A stretch of 64,000 bases of DNA from Cheilinus undulatus (taxonomy: Eukaryota). Position numbers and translations under genes: made by a program. Shown piece after piece: positions 13,600 through 28,115 of the stretch. Under the pieces are notes generated by a model. That model worked only from the letters and a program-made list of their open reading frames with translations, had not been told where the DNA came from and searched no databases. Numbering within the stretch: the first letter of the stretch is position 1; each line of letters starts with the position of its first letter. The DNA lies in NCBI RefSeq assembly GCF_018320785.1, contig NC_054885.1, positions 15,045,132 to 15,109,131 of the forward strand. The letters are read 5' to 3'.

Positions 13600-15600
13600 T
13601 TGCTTTCAGTCATTTATATCAAGTTCAACTGTATTCATTGACCGAATACTGTATAAAATGGGAATAAAGACCTTCGTAAAGCTGTCCAGTAAGTGTAAAG
13701 CTGAGATTCTACAACCCAATTCCAAAAAAGTTGGGGCGCTGCATAATAGTAAATAAAAACTAACCAGGCACACCAGATGGATTTGTTTCACATATCCGTC
13801 TGGTAAACCTCTCATACACAGCATTTGGGAAAGGGCAGAGGATTTGAAAAAAAAAACTCTTGGAGGGAGACTGGATGAACGTTCTGTCTGTCACATTTTT
13901 ACGGCCCACTCAGAGCAACAAAACACGTGACCTAGCCGCTACCGAAGAGTAAACTCCATACAGAACTGCATAACGCGAACCATGGCAACTGCAGACATCA
14001 GTACACGACTATTGACATTTTTGAAAAGAAAACAACTCAATGCTGTTCTTTATTCTTATTTCAACAAAGAAATGTCATCAATTTCTGATAAAACTGAGGC
14101 TTTAGCAGCATCCACGCTAATCTCTTCCGCCATGTCTGCACCGGCCTCTTGTTGCTACTTGCTTACGTCATGGCTCTGCCGCGCCCAAAAGTACTGCCCC
14201 TGGTCACTGATTGGTCCTGTCACTTTCTAACTGGGCCCAAACGTTTCAGACAGGGAGCTCTGCAAGATGGATTCACCAGTGAGAAACACGGAAATGGGCG
14301 TATCCATCTGTTTTGCAAGATTAAATAAAAACAGAATGCAATGATTTTTGAATCCCGTAGACCCATATTTTATTCGCAATAGAACATGAACAACATATCA
14401 GATGTTGACACTGAGACATTTCCCCATTTCATGAAACACGTAAGCTCATTTTGAATTTTATTGCAGCAACACATCTCAAAAAAGTTTGGATGGGGAACAA
14501 AAGGCTGGCAAGTCCATGGTGCTCATGAAAACAGTTGGAAGATAATTTTGCAAGTATTTAGGTTATTGGGAAACAGGTCAGTGACATGACTGTGTATAAA
14601 AGGAGCATTTTAGAAAGTCAGAGTCTCTCAAAAGTAAAGATGGGCACAGGTTCACCAAGCTGTGGAAAAGTGCATCTAAAAATTGTAGAGGAATTTCAGA
14701 AAATTGTTCCTTATTGTAAAATTTGTATGTCCCACTATCTGTAGTACATAATATCATCAAACGATTCGGAGAATCTGGAGAATCTCTGAGCACAAGGGAC
14801 AAGGCTCAACATTAATACTGGATATTTGTGATTTGTGAGCCCTCAAGCGATACTGCATTATAAGCGGCCTTGAGTACTGGAAATCATTGCATGGGCCCAG
14901 AAACTACTCTAGAATCATTGTATGTCAACACAGTTCACTGTGCCATCCAATGATACAAGTTAAAGCTGTTTTATGTAAAGAAGAATCCATATGCTAACAC
15001 ACTCCAGAAACACTGCTGTCTTCTCTGGACCAAAGCTCATTTAAAACGGACTGAGGCAAAACAGAAAACTGTTCTGTGGTCAGATGACTCAAAATTTTCA
15101 AATTCAGATTCAAAAATTCTTTTGGGAAACCATGAATGCTGTGTCCTGCAGACAAAAGAGAAGAGGGACCACCCAGCTTGTCATCAGCGCACAGTTCTAA
15201 AGCCTGCATCTCCGATAGTGCCTATGGCATGGGCAGCTTACACATCTGGAAAGGCACTATCGATGCTGAAAGTATATAGAGGTTTTAGAAAGACATATGC
15301 TCTCATCCAGATATCTCTTTCAGAGAAGGCCTGGTCTCCTTATTTCCCAGACTGGATGCGGCATGATGGTAAATATGGCCCTGTCCCTACTTTTTTGAGA
15401 TGTGTTGCTGCCATCAAATTCAAAATGAGTTAATTTTTTTTGGGGGGGGGGGTTGGAAAAATGTCTCAGTCTAAACATCTAAGGTGAATAAAATAAGGGT
15501 TTTTGAGATTTGCAAATCAATGCATTTTGTTTTTACTTACATTTTACACAGCACCCCAACTTTTATGGAATTGGGTTGTAGTTGAGATGTACAAATTCAA
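13600..15600. mobile_element. Degenerate Tc1-like element of a second family, ~2 kb, with inverted ~200 bp termini at 13610-13830 and 15380-15600
   Basis: The internal ORF at 15122-15433 resembles a Tc1 transposase. The terminal blocks (CAAAATGAG...CACCCCAACTTTTTTGGAATTGGGTTGTAG) are in inverted orientation. The same family contributes fragments at 1380-2030 and 54090-54640. Confidence 0.6.
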
Positions 15601-17092
15601 TTTTGACAACCTTGGAGCAGGTCAAAACTAGGCCCCTAGGGGGTTCAGACCCTAGGTTGGGAACCAATGCCCTAAGGCCGGCGATATACCTGCTGTTTCA
15701 GCTTGCATTCATGCATGCGTCCAGCCGCGCCACTAGCATCCTTGTAAACATACTAGCTTGTAAGTAATGTGTTGCTGGAGAAAAAACACCAGAGAGCTCA
15801 GGCTGTGTACAACTGTCTGATGTGTGGGATGTAAACTACAAATATGGTGGTGATAATGGTGATAATCCTGAGCTCAAAGCTAATACAATTAACATCAATA
15901 AATAATAGCAAGAAAAAGATCAGCTCAGGCGACTCATGACCAGTGTGAGAACACTCTGTCTGTACTCTGTCCAGTATTTTCCTCTGTGCATGGACATAAC
16001 AGATGCAGGATTTCACTTTAATTAGCAACCATGTTAACTGGTAACTCTCAGAAGAATGTGTTCATTCTTACATGTTGAAAATTTGGGAAATTCATGTTGC
16101 TGTGTCACTTCCTCTGTAAAAGATGTCAGCTTTTATTGTCAGTTTATCTTACAACTGGATTTCTGATTTTGCAGCCAATGTTTCAAATACATTTTATACA
16201 CAGGAATTTGCTTGAAAATTTTAAATCTAAAAGTGTGTTTAATGGTACATGGATAAATGTTAATGTGTTAATATGGATGGATGTTTAATGTGATGATGTG
16301 TATGGTGAGGAGTGGGGGGCCTGAAAATGTTTTCATCAACAAAGGGGTGACCCAGCAGAAAAAGTTTGGGAACCACTGGATTAAATGGTTGGTGAAATAG
16401 TGATGCTATTTATGAGCAAATACTCACTCTGATTTTCATATACTCTCAAAGAAAAGTCAATTTATGCTTTTATCATAATACGTTTCCCATGTTAAATCTA
16501 CTTTGGAGGTGTTGGCGTCTTTCCTTCTAGCTGATTTTATTTAATATCCCATGTCTCTCTACAACCATAAGGAATAAAGGGCAAATTCAGGCACAGGGGA
16601 TTATCTGAAGTTTATTTTCCTGCCTGTGATGTGAATGTTCAGAACATTTCTTACCTTTCCTTTATCAGAATGCTGAGTATGAGAAAGGTATGACCAGTTT
16701 ACTTTAAGAGCCACATTAATCTGATTTTCATGTATAATTAACAACATGATATTATGGATGTTAAATGTTCTTTTATGCAAAATACAAGCTTTTCTTTAAA
16801 GTCTAATCCCTAAAGGAAGTTGTACAAGATTACAAATGTCTAAACACTAAGAAAAGACCATGTATATTAACTGTTTTTTAATATCGTGTATGGATAATTG
16901 CTTTATTTTGTAGTTCGAGGTCACCTTTTGTTTCTGGTTCTTAAACATTAATTCTCTTTATTTACATTCTTATTCTTTTATTACACATTAGTTTAACAGT
17001 TTTATATCACAATAAATAAATACAGAACACATTTTTGCATGTTTATAATATGACACCTGAGCAGGTGAGAGAAAAGAGGAAACATGAGATCA

Positions 17093-17405
<313 letters not shown>

Positions 17406-17439
17406 CTAGAGGGACAAAATAATCAGCCAAAAAGCGAGC

Positions 17440-17700
17440 ATACTAGCACCAAGCAAACATCAGATTATTATGACAATAAAACAAAGTTACACCTCCTTGG
17501 ATGTTTTACCCTTTCACTGAGTTTATAAATCAATCACCGCCAATATATTTCGTTTTTTTTAGACAAAATACAACGAAAAAATCTGATTTCTACAAAGTTA
17601 TATCAATTTAATCAAAATATTTTTTACCTTAAAACAAATGACTGAGTAAATATTCACCCCATTCAAAGGCGACATATTTTACCCTTTTAAGACAAGTTCA
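17440..17700. mobile_element. Tc1-like end fragment (same family as 60780-62040) next to u2af2 exon 6
   Basis: GTTACACCTCCTTGGATG...TTTATAAATCAAT and the following A/T-rich block closely match 60800-61000. Confidence 0.6.
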
Positions 17701-18349
17701 TATTGTTCTCAGAGGTCCCCAAAACATGCCTGTCAATTTATATTGCTGAAAAAACATACCAGTATTGGATTTTTGCATACTAAAAACCCCTCTGTTTCAG
17801 CCCTTCTCAGAGCGAGCCATTTCTTTGTCTGTGGCTTTGAATGGTAATTAGCTGTCTGATTCTGCCCCTGACCACACCCCTCTCAGGAGATGGATGCAGC
17901 ACTCGTAATATTACAGACACTTTTTTTTCCAAAGTTTATACCGGGATTTTAACCATCAATCCCCCAGACCGTAGTCAGCAGGGTAACCCACTGAGCTATC
18001 CAGCATCTCAGCTAGCTGCTGATAGGATCAGTTGACGAAGGCGGAACATTCCTCCAAGCGGGGGAGGGCCAACCAAACCTGGGGGCGTGTGCTTAGGCCC
18101 TTGGTGAGGTCACTAGATGTAAAATCTGGGAACGGCTTGTTTTAGCACACATTTTCTGAAAGGTGGAGGGGGGGGGGGGGGATTTTTCTGGTATTTGAGG
18201 GTATTGTGGACAGGCCAGGGACACATATCTTTTAATTTGAATAGTGATGTGAGAACTAATTCTGTTACTTCTTTGTCGTTTTTGTCCCCAGACAACCAGT
18301 TAAGTGCCAGTCAAAGCGATACCTTAAATAAATACATTGGACTGAAACA

Positions 18350-18960
18350 CCACCTTTCTCTGATGTGCTCTTTGTCTTAACTGACAAAACATTGAGTTGA
18401 TATATAGCATCTAAACCAGCAAACACATCCTCCTGCTCCATAATAGTAAATAATCTTCAACAAGAGTTCACCAAAAGGCAAGTGGGAGACTCCATGGTCA
18501 AGTGGTCTGATGAAACCAAAATGGTGCTTTTTGGCTATGAGACAAGATACTATGTTTGGCAGACAAATTACTGCACATCACCACAAACACACCATCCCCA
18601 CTGCAAAGAATGCTGGTGGCAGCATCATGCTGTGGGGATGCTTCTCAGCAGCCAGCCCTGGAAGGCTTGTAAAGGTAGAGGATAAATTAATGCAGCAAAA
18701 TTTAGGAAAACCCTGGATGTCAATCTTTTTCAGTCTGTGAGAACTACGGCTTATTTTCCAGTAAGACAGTGACCTGAGGCATACAGCAAAAGCTACACAG
18801 AAACAGTGTAAAGACAACAAGGTGAATGTTCTGTAGTGTCCAGATGTGCAGACCTGATTGAGACCTATCCAAACAGACTTAGCCCTGTGATTACAGCCAA
18901 AGGTGCATCTACTGAATACTGATTTTAAGGGGTGAATATTTACATATTGTTATCTGATTA
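18350..18960 (+). mobile_element. Tc1-like fragment (transposase pieces KWSDETKMVLFG..., SIMLWGCFSA...; 3' terminal inverted repeat at ~18895-18960)
   Basis: ORFs at 18482-18740 carry the Tc1 transposase motifs. The terminal GGGGTGAATATTTACATATTG ends the fragment. Confidence 0.7.
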
Positions 18961-19626
18961 ACATTACTTTGTGGAAGTCTGTTTTCACTTTGACATTAAA
19001 TAGGTTTTTTGTCAAAAAATATCTTGACGCTGACTTATTTATAAAATCAGCAAAAGGATAGAACATCCAAATAAATGATTATTTTTTAAAGGCACTGCAT
19101 GAAGGACTCTGGCAGGAGTATTTTTTTTTCAAGAAGTGAATGGACCACAATGTCATCTTCTCTGCATTTAGTCTTTGCAGTACGAGACCATTTTGTTTTG
19201 TTTTTTTTATGTATACTTATGCAGGCAAGGGTTGTGTGCATGTTGTCTTTTATCAGATTATGGATGCAGAAAACGCATCTGAAAAATAAAATGGGCAACT
19301 CTGTGTGCAAAGAGCTTTACTTGCCAGATGGGGCTGATGTGGAGATGAGCCATTCGCTGCTCTCTGATAAAAGAAATTGTTTCAAAAACTGCAGTTATGA
19401 AACCGTGCCCTCAGATGCAAATCAGCAGACATGGATTATGAATCAGTAAGCATGGATTATAAAGTGAACACAGACTTGGACACAGAAATTACAGCTTAAC
19501 TATGGCTCTTTTTGTCTCATGGTACCGGAGAAAGGCACCATAATGAGCCTTAAAGAAGTTGAGAGGTTTTTTTTTATTGTTTTGGCAAAGCCAGGCTAGA
19601 AGTGTCCCTCTGTGGAAGTCTTTTCA

Positions 19627-19869
<243 letters not shown>

Positions 19870-19872
19870 TCA

Positions 19873-20094
<222 letters not shown>

Positions 20095-21711
20095 TTATGT
20101 AACCTCTGATGTGTTTTTATTATTAGGAACACTTTAAGGACCCTTCTCCACAAAATAAATAGGCAAAATGCTTGACGTCAAACCTGTGAGAGGAAACAGA
20201 AATAAATCTCTAAATTTACTCAGGTAACACTTGATGTTATAACAGAGCCTGGCTGGTGTGGGGTTTTTGAGAACATGTCAGCTGATATTATTTTTGAGAG
20301 GGAATAAAGAGACAATTTCATGAGGGTTGTGCACCAATATGACTCAGCCCAGGTACTCAGGAGGCTGCTATTTTTAACAAATAACTAATTAAAATATATT
20401 TAAAGTACCCATGAAACAACTGGAAGAGTGATAACCATAACAAGTATGCTGATTTCCTTTATTTAGTATACACATGGATTTACTGAAAGTTTTACAAGAA
20501 TAACTTCAGCTTGTAAGAAAATTCAAGAGGGGGAGATTTTCAGGCAAATTATGTAATTACAAAGATACTTTCTAGATACTATAAATCTCAAATAAAATCA
20601 CCTCTGTGTCTGCCTTGACTGTATGCTAAACGTATTATATTGCAGCTAATGGTAACAGTAAGCCCTGTCTAAGATGTTCTAAAGGCATTTTTTTTCAAGG
20701 GTAAATATATCTAGTTGAAACTCTGTTGGGAATAGTCATTCATTAAGGTCCTGTGTCCACAGCCAATGGGTCTTAAGTGCAAAAAAAAAAAAAAAACCTG
20801 TGTCAGCTGCTTTTTGCCACCACGCTTACAGTGCTCTCAGTTGAAAAAATGTCTTAAGCTGTGCCATGCTCGTCAGTGTTGCTTCTCCCTCACTGGCCAA
20901 TCGAAATCAAGAAGGGGTGGGACTGTATATCGTAGTTTTGTTTAAAGGGATTATTATGACAAAGCCTACAGTGTTAGAGCACACTCTGAAAAAACAGAGG
21001 GACAGCATAGTATTAAGTGGATATCATTTTGTTTATTCAATCAGAGCTCATCTGCTGAAGCTGAAAAATGAAGCTTCACTATCAGATGAATGCCTGTGTA
21101 AACTTCAGATTTTATAGTCCAATCTCAGATGACTCTCCGTCTCTTGTCTTCATGATTTTTCATTGAGAAATCCGAAACTGAGAAAGCATGCTGCCATCGT
21201 GTTTCCTCCGTTATGTAACCATTGCTGTGTTGTCTCCGTTTGCAGTACATCGATTAATTCAGACTTTTTAAAGTTACGCCTGCTCCATCCTAAAAGTTTA
21301 CACCCAGGTGTACCTGAAACAGTCCTTTTTAGTTCAGCTGGTGCACAGGATAGAACTTAAAGTCAATTTCTAGCTCTAAGTCAAATGTAATGCTAGCCTA
21401 GGTGTGCAACCGGCTGGTGCAGTCAGCCTCTGAAGTGGTATTAAGCACTTAAAATAACAATAGCAGCATAGTTCATCTTGTGACAGTCATTAAGAAATAT
21501 CAGTATCAAATTCAGTCTGTTTCATATTATCTTAAAAACCTTGAAGGGAGCTTTGATGAGTTGATGAAATTACACAAAGCAAAATAGTTCTACATTATTA
21601 TCTTTGAGAAAATGTTGGGTCTCCTGTTCCTGCCGTGTTCAGGTAAGAGATACACAGACTCATGTACATAAACTGAGAAACCCTCTATATGTCTGTAGGA
21701 GTCTGCCTCTA

Positions 21712-21912
<201 letters not shown>

Positions 21913-21974
21913 TCAAAGTCTTTATACGGTAACAGCAGTGCGTTATCACACTAAAAGCCAGTGCTGATACAGAC

Positions 21975-22149
21975 CTGTGCTTTTTGTGGTCACGAGAGGA
22001 GCTCCGGCGGTCACGGCTCTTACGTTCTCGACTGCGGCTTCTCTTCTCACGACTGCGGCTACCGCGTTCTTTGCTCCAGCTGCGATGTTTGTCTCCTCGG
22101 CCTGGAGATCCACTGCGACTCCTCTTTTTATGTCGTTCTCTTTCTCTCT
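21975..22149 (-). CDS. u2af2: u2af2 exon 2 (ERERHKKRSRSGSPGRGDKHRSWSKERGSRSREKRSRSRERKSRDRRSSSRDHKKH), RS domain
   Basis: Acceptor CACAG and donor GTCTGT (weak). 175 nt of Arg/Ser-rich low complexity. Confidence 0.8.
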
Positions 22150-23389
22150 CTGTGTGGACAGCAGCAAAGCACTATGAATAAAAACTCGACTATAACAGGG
22201 GAATTCTTTTTTACATGTAAATTTGTTATTTAAATCTTGCACATTTTTATTTTTCCTCTCTAAAATTTAAATATTTGTAGTTACATAGAATATCAGAGAT
22301 CTATGTCTCATTAAATGAAAACAACTCTTAAATAAAGCCTAAAGCATGTACAGAAAATAATAGAGGTTATAAGATTGACTAGGAAAAAATCATTCAGAAC
22401 TAAAAATTTACTTCTTTCATAAATCAGTTCCTAAATGACCTAAGAATGAACACCTGCTGCTTTATGACTAATACCCTCCTGTGTGTTTTTTTCTTTGAGG
22501 AATCTGACAGTTTATTTTGTTCTTTTTCTCCACACAGAGGGAAAATGTCAGCCTCAACATAACTAATGACCTTTAGACTAATCAACAGAAAGAGCATTTT
22601 ATTTCTGCACAGGAGGCTCAGCCCAAATATAAAAGCTTTGAATTCAGAAGTGTTCTTTAGATTCTTTTTATTTTAAATGTCTTGATAATCTGTTGTTTTT
22701 GTATCTGAGAACACCATTTCTGTTTCTGTAACATTCTTTGAAATTTCACTGTTTAATCCAAGTAAGCACTGTAGGCTGTGCTTACTGCCATATCCAACCC
22801 TTATGCCACCCTAAAGGTGCAGACTTTGTTATTTTCAAAAGATTTTTTTCTCATGCCCCTGATCATATGCAAGGACATCCAGAGTATGACCAGGGTTGTG
22901 TCAATCCTCCTCCTCGAAGCAGTTTACTCATCACATAGATGACTTATTTCACCCTCAAACTTCAGCCAAAACAATGCTTAATTAAATGCTTAATGCTTAA
23001 TTTATTAGTTTCCGATCATTTGGCATTTATCGGGATATTCTTTATCCACAATTTGCTCAGTAATCATCATTAAGGATATTACTGTGGCTACAAGAACGTT
23101 GTGATGGTAATCATCTTACTGAATATCATCCTCTGTTGACCAGTTCATAGAGATTTCATATAAAAATCCATAAAAGGTTGAAGGTTTGTATCTGCTTATG
23201 TTTACTTAATAAAATAAAATTGATTTTCAATGCCATTTAGGGTATGGCAATTTGTTTATATCTACAAAGTTTATGCTGATATTGATTTGAAAACATAGAA
23301 ACTGATACCAGATCTATTGTTCAGTCTAAAGCCTCTATAATTCTCAAAGTTTGGCAAAACCAGAACTCTTCCAGGAGCCAGTCACCTAA

Positions 23390-23950
23390 CTAAACTGAGT
23401 GATGGGGGGAGAGGGGCCTTAGTAAGAGAGATGACCAAGAACCTGATGGTCACTCTGACTGAGCTCCAGGCAGCCTGTGTGATGATGGCTCTCACATGGT
23501 AGTGTATTGCAAACTCACCACTCCGCCATAAGTCCAGATCAGTGGGGGGCTGCAGTGGTGGTTATCCTTGTGGGCCTTTTGTCCCATCGCCACACAGGAT
23601 CTCTGGAGCTCAGTCAGATCGATCATAGAGTTTTTGCAACAATCCTGTCTCTGAGCTATGCAGGCAGGAAAAAGGTGCAGAAACAGACACTTGGCTCAGA
23701 TGCATCCCACCTGAGCCAAGTGTCTTTACATACAGTCTGAATACTTATTTAATGTGATTTTTCCATTCTTTAATTTTAACAAGTTTGCAAAAATTTCTAA
23801 AATTCTATTTTCACTTTGTCATTATGGGGTACTTAGTGTAGATTCATGAGAATAAAAATCATTTTTGTCGACTGTAGCATCAGGCTGCAATATAAGAAAA
23901 CGACAAAAAGTGAAGGGGGGTCTGAATACTTTCTGAATGCACTGAAAGTG
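23390..23950. mobile_element. Tc1-like fragment (REMTKNLMVTLTELQ transposase N-terminus; terminal inverted repeat GTCTGAATACTTTCTGAATGCACTG at ~23905-23945)
   Basis: Translated similarity to the Tc1 transposase helix-turn-helix region, plus the canonical terminal-inverted-repeat end. Confidence 0.6.
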
Positions 23951-24741
23951 CCCCCCTCCTTATGATTTTCTGCATGTGGCTCTTTTAAGGAAAAAGTTTG
24001 GACAGTCCTGACTTAAGATCTTTAAGTTCCTTACTTTTCATTGCACCGATCATTAAATTATAGAGATTTTGTCATTTTGAAATAACAGATTTAAGAGTAT
24101 AGTAAATTTCAATGACCTCTATTCAACAACTAAGACATTAAAAGGTGCCGCCATGGCATAAAGCAAGTATTAATTTCATTTGAATATAACTACAACTCGC
24201 AAAGTTTATATTTCTGGTAGTTTGAGAATAATTTCTCGTATCTTTCTAGAAAAAAAAAAATCAATATCACATATTGCCATTCAGCAAAATAGATGTAATT
24301 TTGGTCCATGCCGAATTAAAAATTAAGAAATGACAATTCTGAAAACGTCACATCAGTTCAATCCCCCTGCTTCTACTTCTATTAAGAGGGAAATAATGTC
24401 AGAGGTGAAACCTTTATATCGAGTTTGGCATCCTGCGTATCACGCAGAGATATGACAGGTGAGTTCACCGTGAGGTCCCCCGGTAACAGGAGCTCGTTCA
24501 CTTATTATGAGGAATAAACGGCGGTTCTGTGGAGGCTTTAACGGGGTAATATCAAGACTGCATGGAGCCAAAGCATTAACATGTTAACGAGACACAGGAG
24601 CGAGCCTGCAGACTTATTTATTGGAAACTTGTGTGGCTGTCAGCTCGGCTTCTTCATTCATAAAATACTGAAGGGGCTAACGTTACGCACTATGCTAGCT
24701 TGAAGATCAAACTGGGACACAGACGGAGCGTTCATACTCAC

Positions 24742-24790
24742 CCTGTCGGTTCTCACTCAGCTGTTTCTCAAATTCCTCAAAATCAGACAT
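24742..24790 (-). CDS. u2af2: u2af2 exon 1 (MSDFEEFEKQLSENRQ)
   Basis: ATG is the reverse complement of 24788-24790; donor GTGAGT. Matches the human MSDFDEFERQLNENKQ. Confidence 0.85.
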
Positions 24791-25271
24791 TTTCCCGGTT
24801 TTCTGTGATGTCTACAGATATGCCAGGTCTGTGTGCTCTGAGGGGATCGATTAACCGATCGGTCCGCTGTGTCAGTGCTGCAAACACCTCCGAAAGCTGT
24901 CAAGAACCACACAGAAAACACTTAATATCCGGTAGAATTTCAAAATAAGACTCGCTGATCCTCATGAGATTGTCAGAGGAAGAAGAGAAAGGACAAAAAA
25001 CTTTTTCATTTTAAGTTCAGTGCAGATAAAACACCGTTTTTAAACTCATGACTCAAGTGGTTTCTTTCAACAAATGACAACAATGGCAATGGCATTATAT
25101 AATGCTTCTCAACTGGTGGGTTGGGGCCCAAAAGAAGGTCACAGCTGTTTTATTTGTGTGTGTGTGTGTGTGTAGGTGTGCGTGTGGGTGTGGGTGTGTG
25201 TGTGTGTGTTCTCAAAGACTGCTGCTAGATGTCTACAAGACATGGAAGCCCTAGGTGGATATACATCCATA
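24791..25271 (-). promoter_or_regulatory. u2af2: u2af2 5' flank and putative promoter, bounded by the Tc1 element
   Basis: This is the sequence between the start codon and the Tc1 terminal inverted repeat; no TATA box is seen. A (TG)n microsatellite lies at about 25155-25210. Confidence 0.35.
25155..25210. repeat. (TG)n microsatellite just outside the left terminal inverted repeat of the Tc1 element
   Basis: A GT/TG dinucleotide run with minor interruptions. Confidence 0.9.
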
Positions 25272-26894
25272 TACAGTCGCTAGGAAAAGTATGTGAACCC
25301 TTTGAGATTTCTTGGATTTCTGCATCGATTGGTCATCAAATGTGTTCCGATCTTCATCTAAGTCACAACAATAGACAAACACAGTCTGCTTAAACAATTA
25401 CCATCAAAAAATGACATATTTTCATGTTTTTATTGATCAAACCATTTAAACACAGTGCAGGGTGGAAAAAGTATGTGAACCCCTAGGCTAATGACTTCTC
25501 CAAGAGCTAACTGGAGCCAGGAGTCAGCCAACCTGCAGTCCAATCAATGTGATGAGATTGGATGTGTTGGTTAAAGCTGCCCTGCCCTATTAAAAACACA
25601 CACCAGTGTTGAATTTGCTGTTCTCAAGAAGCATTGCCTGATGTGAACCATGCCTGGCACAAAAGAGCTCTCAGAAGACCTACAATCAAGAATTGCTGAC
25701 TTGCATGAAGTTGGAAAGGATTACAAAAGTATCTCTAAAAGTCTTGATGTTCATGTGTCCACGCTAACACAGACTGTCTACAAATGGAGAAGGTTCAGCA
25801 CTGTTGCTACTCTCCCTAGGCGTGGTCATCCTGTAAAGATGACTGCAAGAGCACAGCGCAGAATGCTCAGTGAGGTGAAGAAGAATCCTAGAGTGTCAGC
25901 TAAAGACTTACAGAAATCTCTGGCACATGCTAGCATTTGTGTTGACAAATCTACAATAAGTAAAACATTAAACAAGAATGGAGTTCATGGGAGGACACCA
26001 TGGAGGAAGCCACTGCTGTCCAAAAAACACATTGCTGCATGTTTGAAGTTTACAAAAGAGCACCTGGATGTTCCACAGCACCACTGGCAAAACATTCTGT
26101 CCATAGCTGAAACCAAAATTGAGTTGTTTGGAAGGAACACACAACGCTATGTGTGGAGAAAAAAAAAGGCACAGCACACCAACATCAAAACCTCCTCCCA
26201 ACTGTGAAATATGGTAGAGGGGCCATCATGGTTTGGGGCTGCTTTGCTGCCTCAGGGCCTGGACGGATGGCTGTCATTGACGGAAAAATGAATTCCCAAT
26301 TTTATCAAGACATTTTACAGGAAAGCTTAAGACCATCTGTTCACCAACTGAAGCTCAATAGAGGATGGGTGATGCAACAGGACAACGACCCAAAGCATAG
26401 AAGTAAATCAACAACAGAATGGCTTCAACAGAAGAAAATACGCCTTCTGGAGTGGCCCAGTCAGAGTCCTGACCTCACCCCGATTGAGATGCTGTGGCAT
26501 GACCTCAAGAGAGCAATGCACACCAGACACCCCAAGAATACTGCTGAACTGAAACAGTTTTGTAAAGAGGAATGGTCCAAAATTCCTCCTGACCTTTGTG
26601 CAGGTCTGATCTGCAACTACAGGAATGTTTGGTTGAGGTTATTGCTGCCAAAGGAGGGTCAACCAGTCATTAGCCTAGGGGTTCACATACTTTTTCCATA
26701 CTGCACTGTGAATGTTTACATGTTTTGTTCAATAAAAACATGAAAACATATCATTTTTTGTGCAGTATTAGTTTAAGCAGACTGTGTTTGTCTAATGTTG
26801 TGAATTAGATGAAGATCGGAACACATTTGACGACCAATTTATGCAGAAATCCAAGAAATCTCAAAGGGTTCACATACTTTTTCTAGCGACTGTA
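25272..26894 (+). mobile_element. Full-length Tc1/mariner (Tc1-like) DNA transposon with near-identical ~55 bp terminal inverted repeats
   Basis: The left end reads TACAGTCGCTAGGAAAAGTATGTGAACCCTTTGAGATTTCTTGGATTTCTGCAT. The right end is its reverse complement apart from a single mismatch. The element is about 1.62 kb. Confidence 0.9.
25650..26743 (+). pseudogene. Tc1 transposase ORF broken by one frameshift at an A9 run (~26159-26167)
   Basis: Two overlapping ORFs of 185 aa and 196 aa. They carry the paired-like DNA-binding N-terminus and the DDE region (FQQDNDPKHRSKST...WPSQSPDLNPIEMLW). Confidence 0.85.
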
Positions 26895-28004
26895 ACTCAT
26901 TAAACATTGGTGTCAGGGTTCTTGCAGAACCTTTAAAGGCCTTAACTTTGGAGTTTTTTTTTTTAACTCAAGGCCATAAAAGCCGTAAAAGTCCTATTTT
27001 TACTAGGGAGTGGACTGAAATTATAGAAGTCACTTTGACTCAGACATTTCTTTACTAATCTTTGTTTTATAACAACATTTACCCTCCTGAGATTTTGTTT
27101 TAGATGTATTCTAAGTCCTTATAAATCTGAAACCGGAGCCCTGTCTTTGAACAGGAAAGGGTTTTAGCCCAAAAACACAATGTCTGCACTGGAGGACAAC
27201 AGGCTTATCTTATTGTACAGCACACAGACTTTTTTATTCAGTTAGTTTTTGATTTTGAGCGTGTTTCAGCCAGTTGGTTGGGATTCATTCAGATACTAAG
27301 GCCAGGTATGAACTAAAGTTCTGCTAAAGTTCTGGAGGTCTTGGAAAATTCCCTTTAAAATGATCAGAAATTTCCAAAACATAAAAATGACTCCTAAATT
27401 CTCATAAAAAGAGAATCCAAGATATCACTATGTTGTAGGGTCTCAGGAGGTTAGACTCCATATTAAAGTAGGCTACATGTGTTTGAGTACGTCATTAAAG
27501 CCCCAGATAATCTAGCAAAGATAATACTTTTTTATTCTCTTTATTGATATAAGATACAGTACATATCATTCAAGCTTCACAAAACTTCACATAATCATCT
27601 TTATTTTGATTACGTCCCTCAATTTTTCTAAATAAAACCAAAATTAATGAAATAAATCAAAGGCTGAAAAGAAGATGTTATAACTTGGTAGTCTTAGTCC
27701 TTGAGGCTTGAAATTAGAGGAAGATTGTTCTAAACCTTTTAACATCTGTTTTAACTAGGACAACCAAGCTGCTTTGACTGAAGGTCACCCGTTAACACGG
27801 TCGACCACTACACCAAAACACCCGCCCTAATTCTTGAATATTACTGTTTAGTAATTATTCTGAGCAGGGTACAGTTGTACAGTAATGTGGCCAACAAATG
27901 TAGCCCCCCACCCCACCCCGCCTGTCATGTCGTGACATGTGGACAACATACATGGAGAAACTCAGCTGTGCTGCTATTAAAAGAGCTCAAATCCCCAAGT
28001 ATTT

Positions 28005-28115
28005 CTGTTTCAGGGGGCTGTCTGTCATGTTGGAGTCGCTCTGAGAACAAGAGGCTGCAGACTCTCAGAGGATAGAAACCCAGAGTCCAGTACACCTGCA
28101 GACCCCCGAGACGCA
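28005..28115 (+). other. dhrs7b: putative non-coding first exon (TATA-like TATTAAAAG at 27975-27983; donor GTAAGT at 28116), possibly the dhrs7b 5'UTR
   Basis: TATA-like motif followed by a consensus donor. The first dhrs7b coding exon is preceded by an acceptor (TTTTCCAG|ACC at ~32408), so an upstream exon is required. Confidence 0.3.

Noticed and set aside
21946-22242. Several overlapping plus- and minus-strand ORFs (ARG/LEU/ALA-rich) across the u2af2 RS-domain exon
   Set aside because: They are frame artefacts of the AGA/AGC/CGC low-complexity coding sequence. Only the minus-strand RS frame is in phase with the flanking exons.
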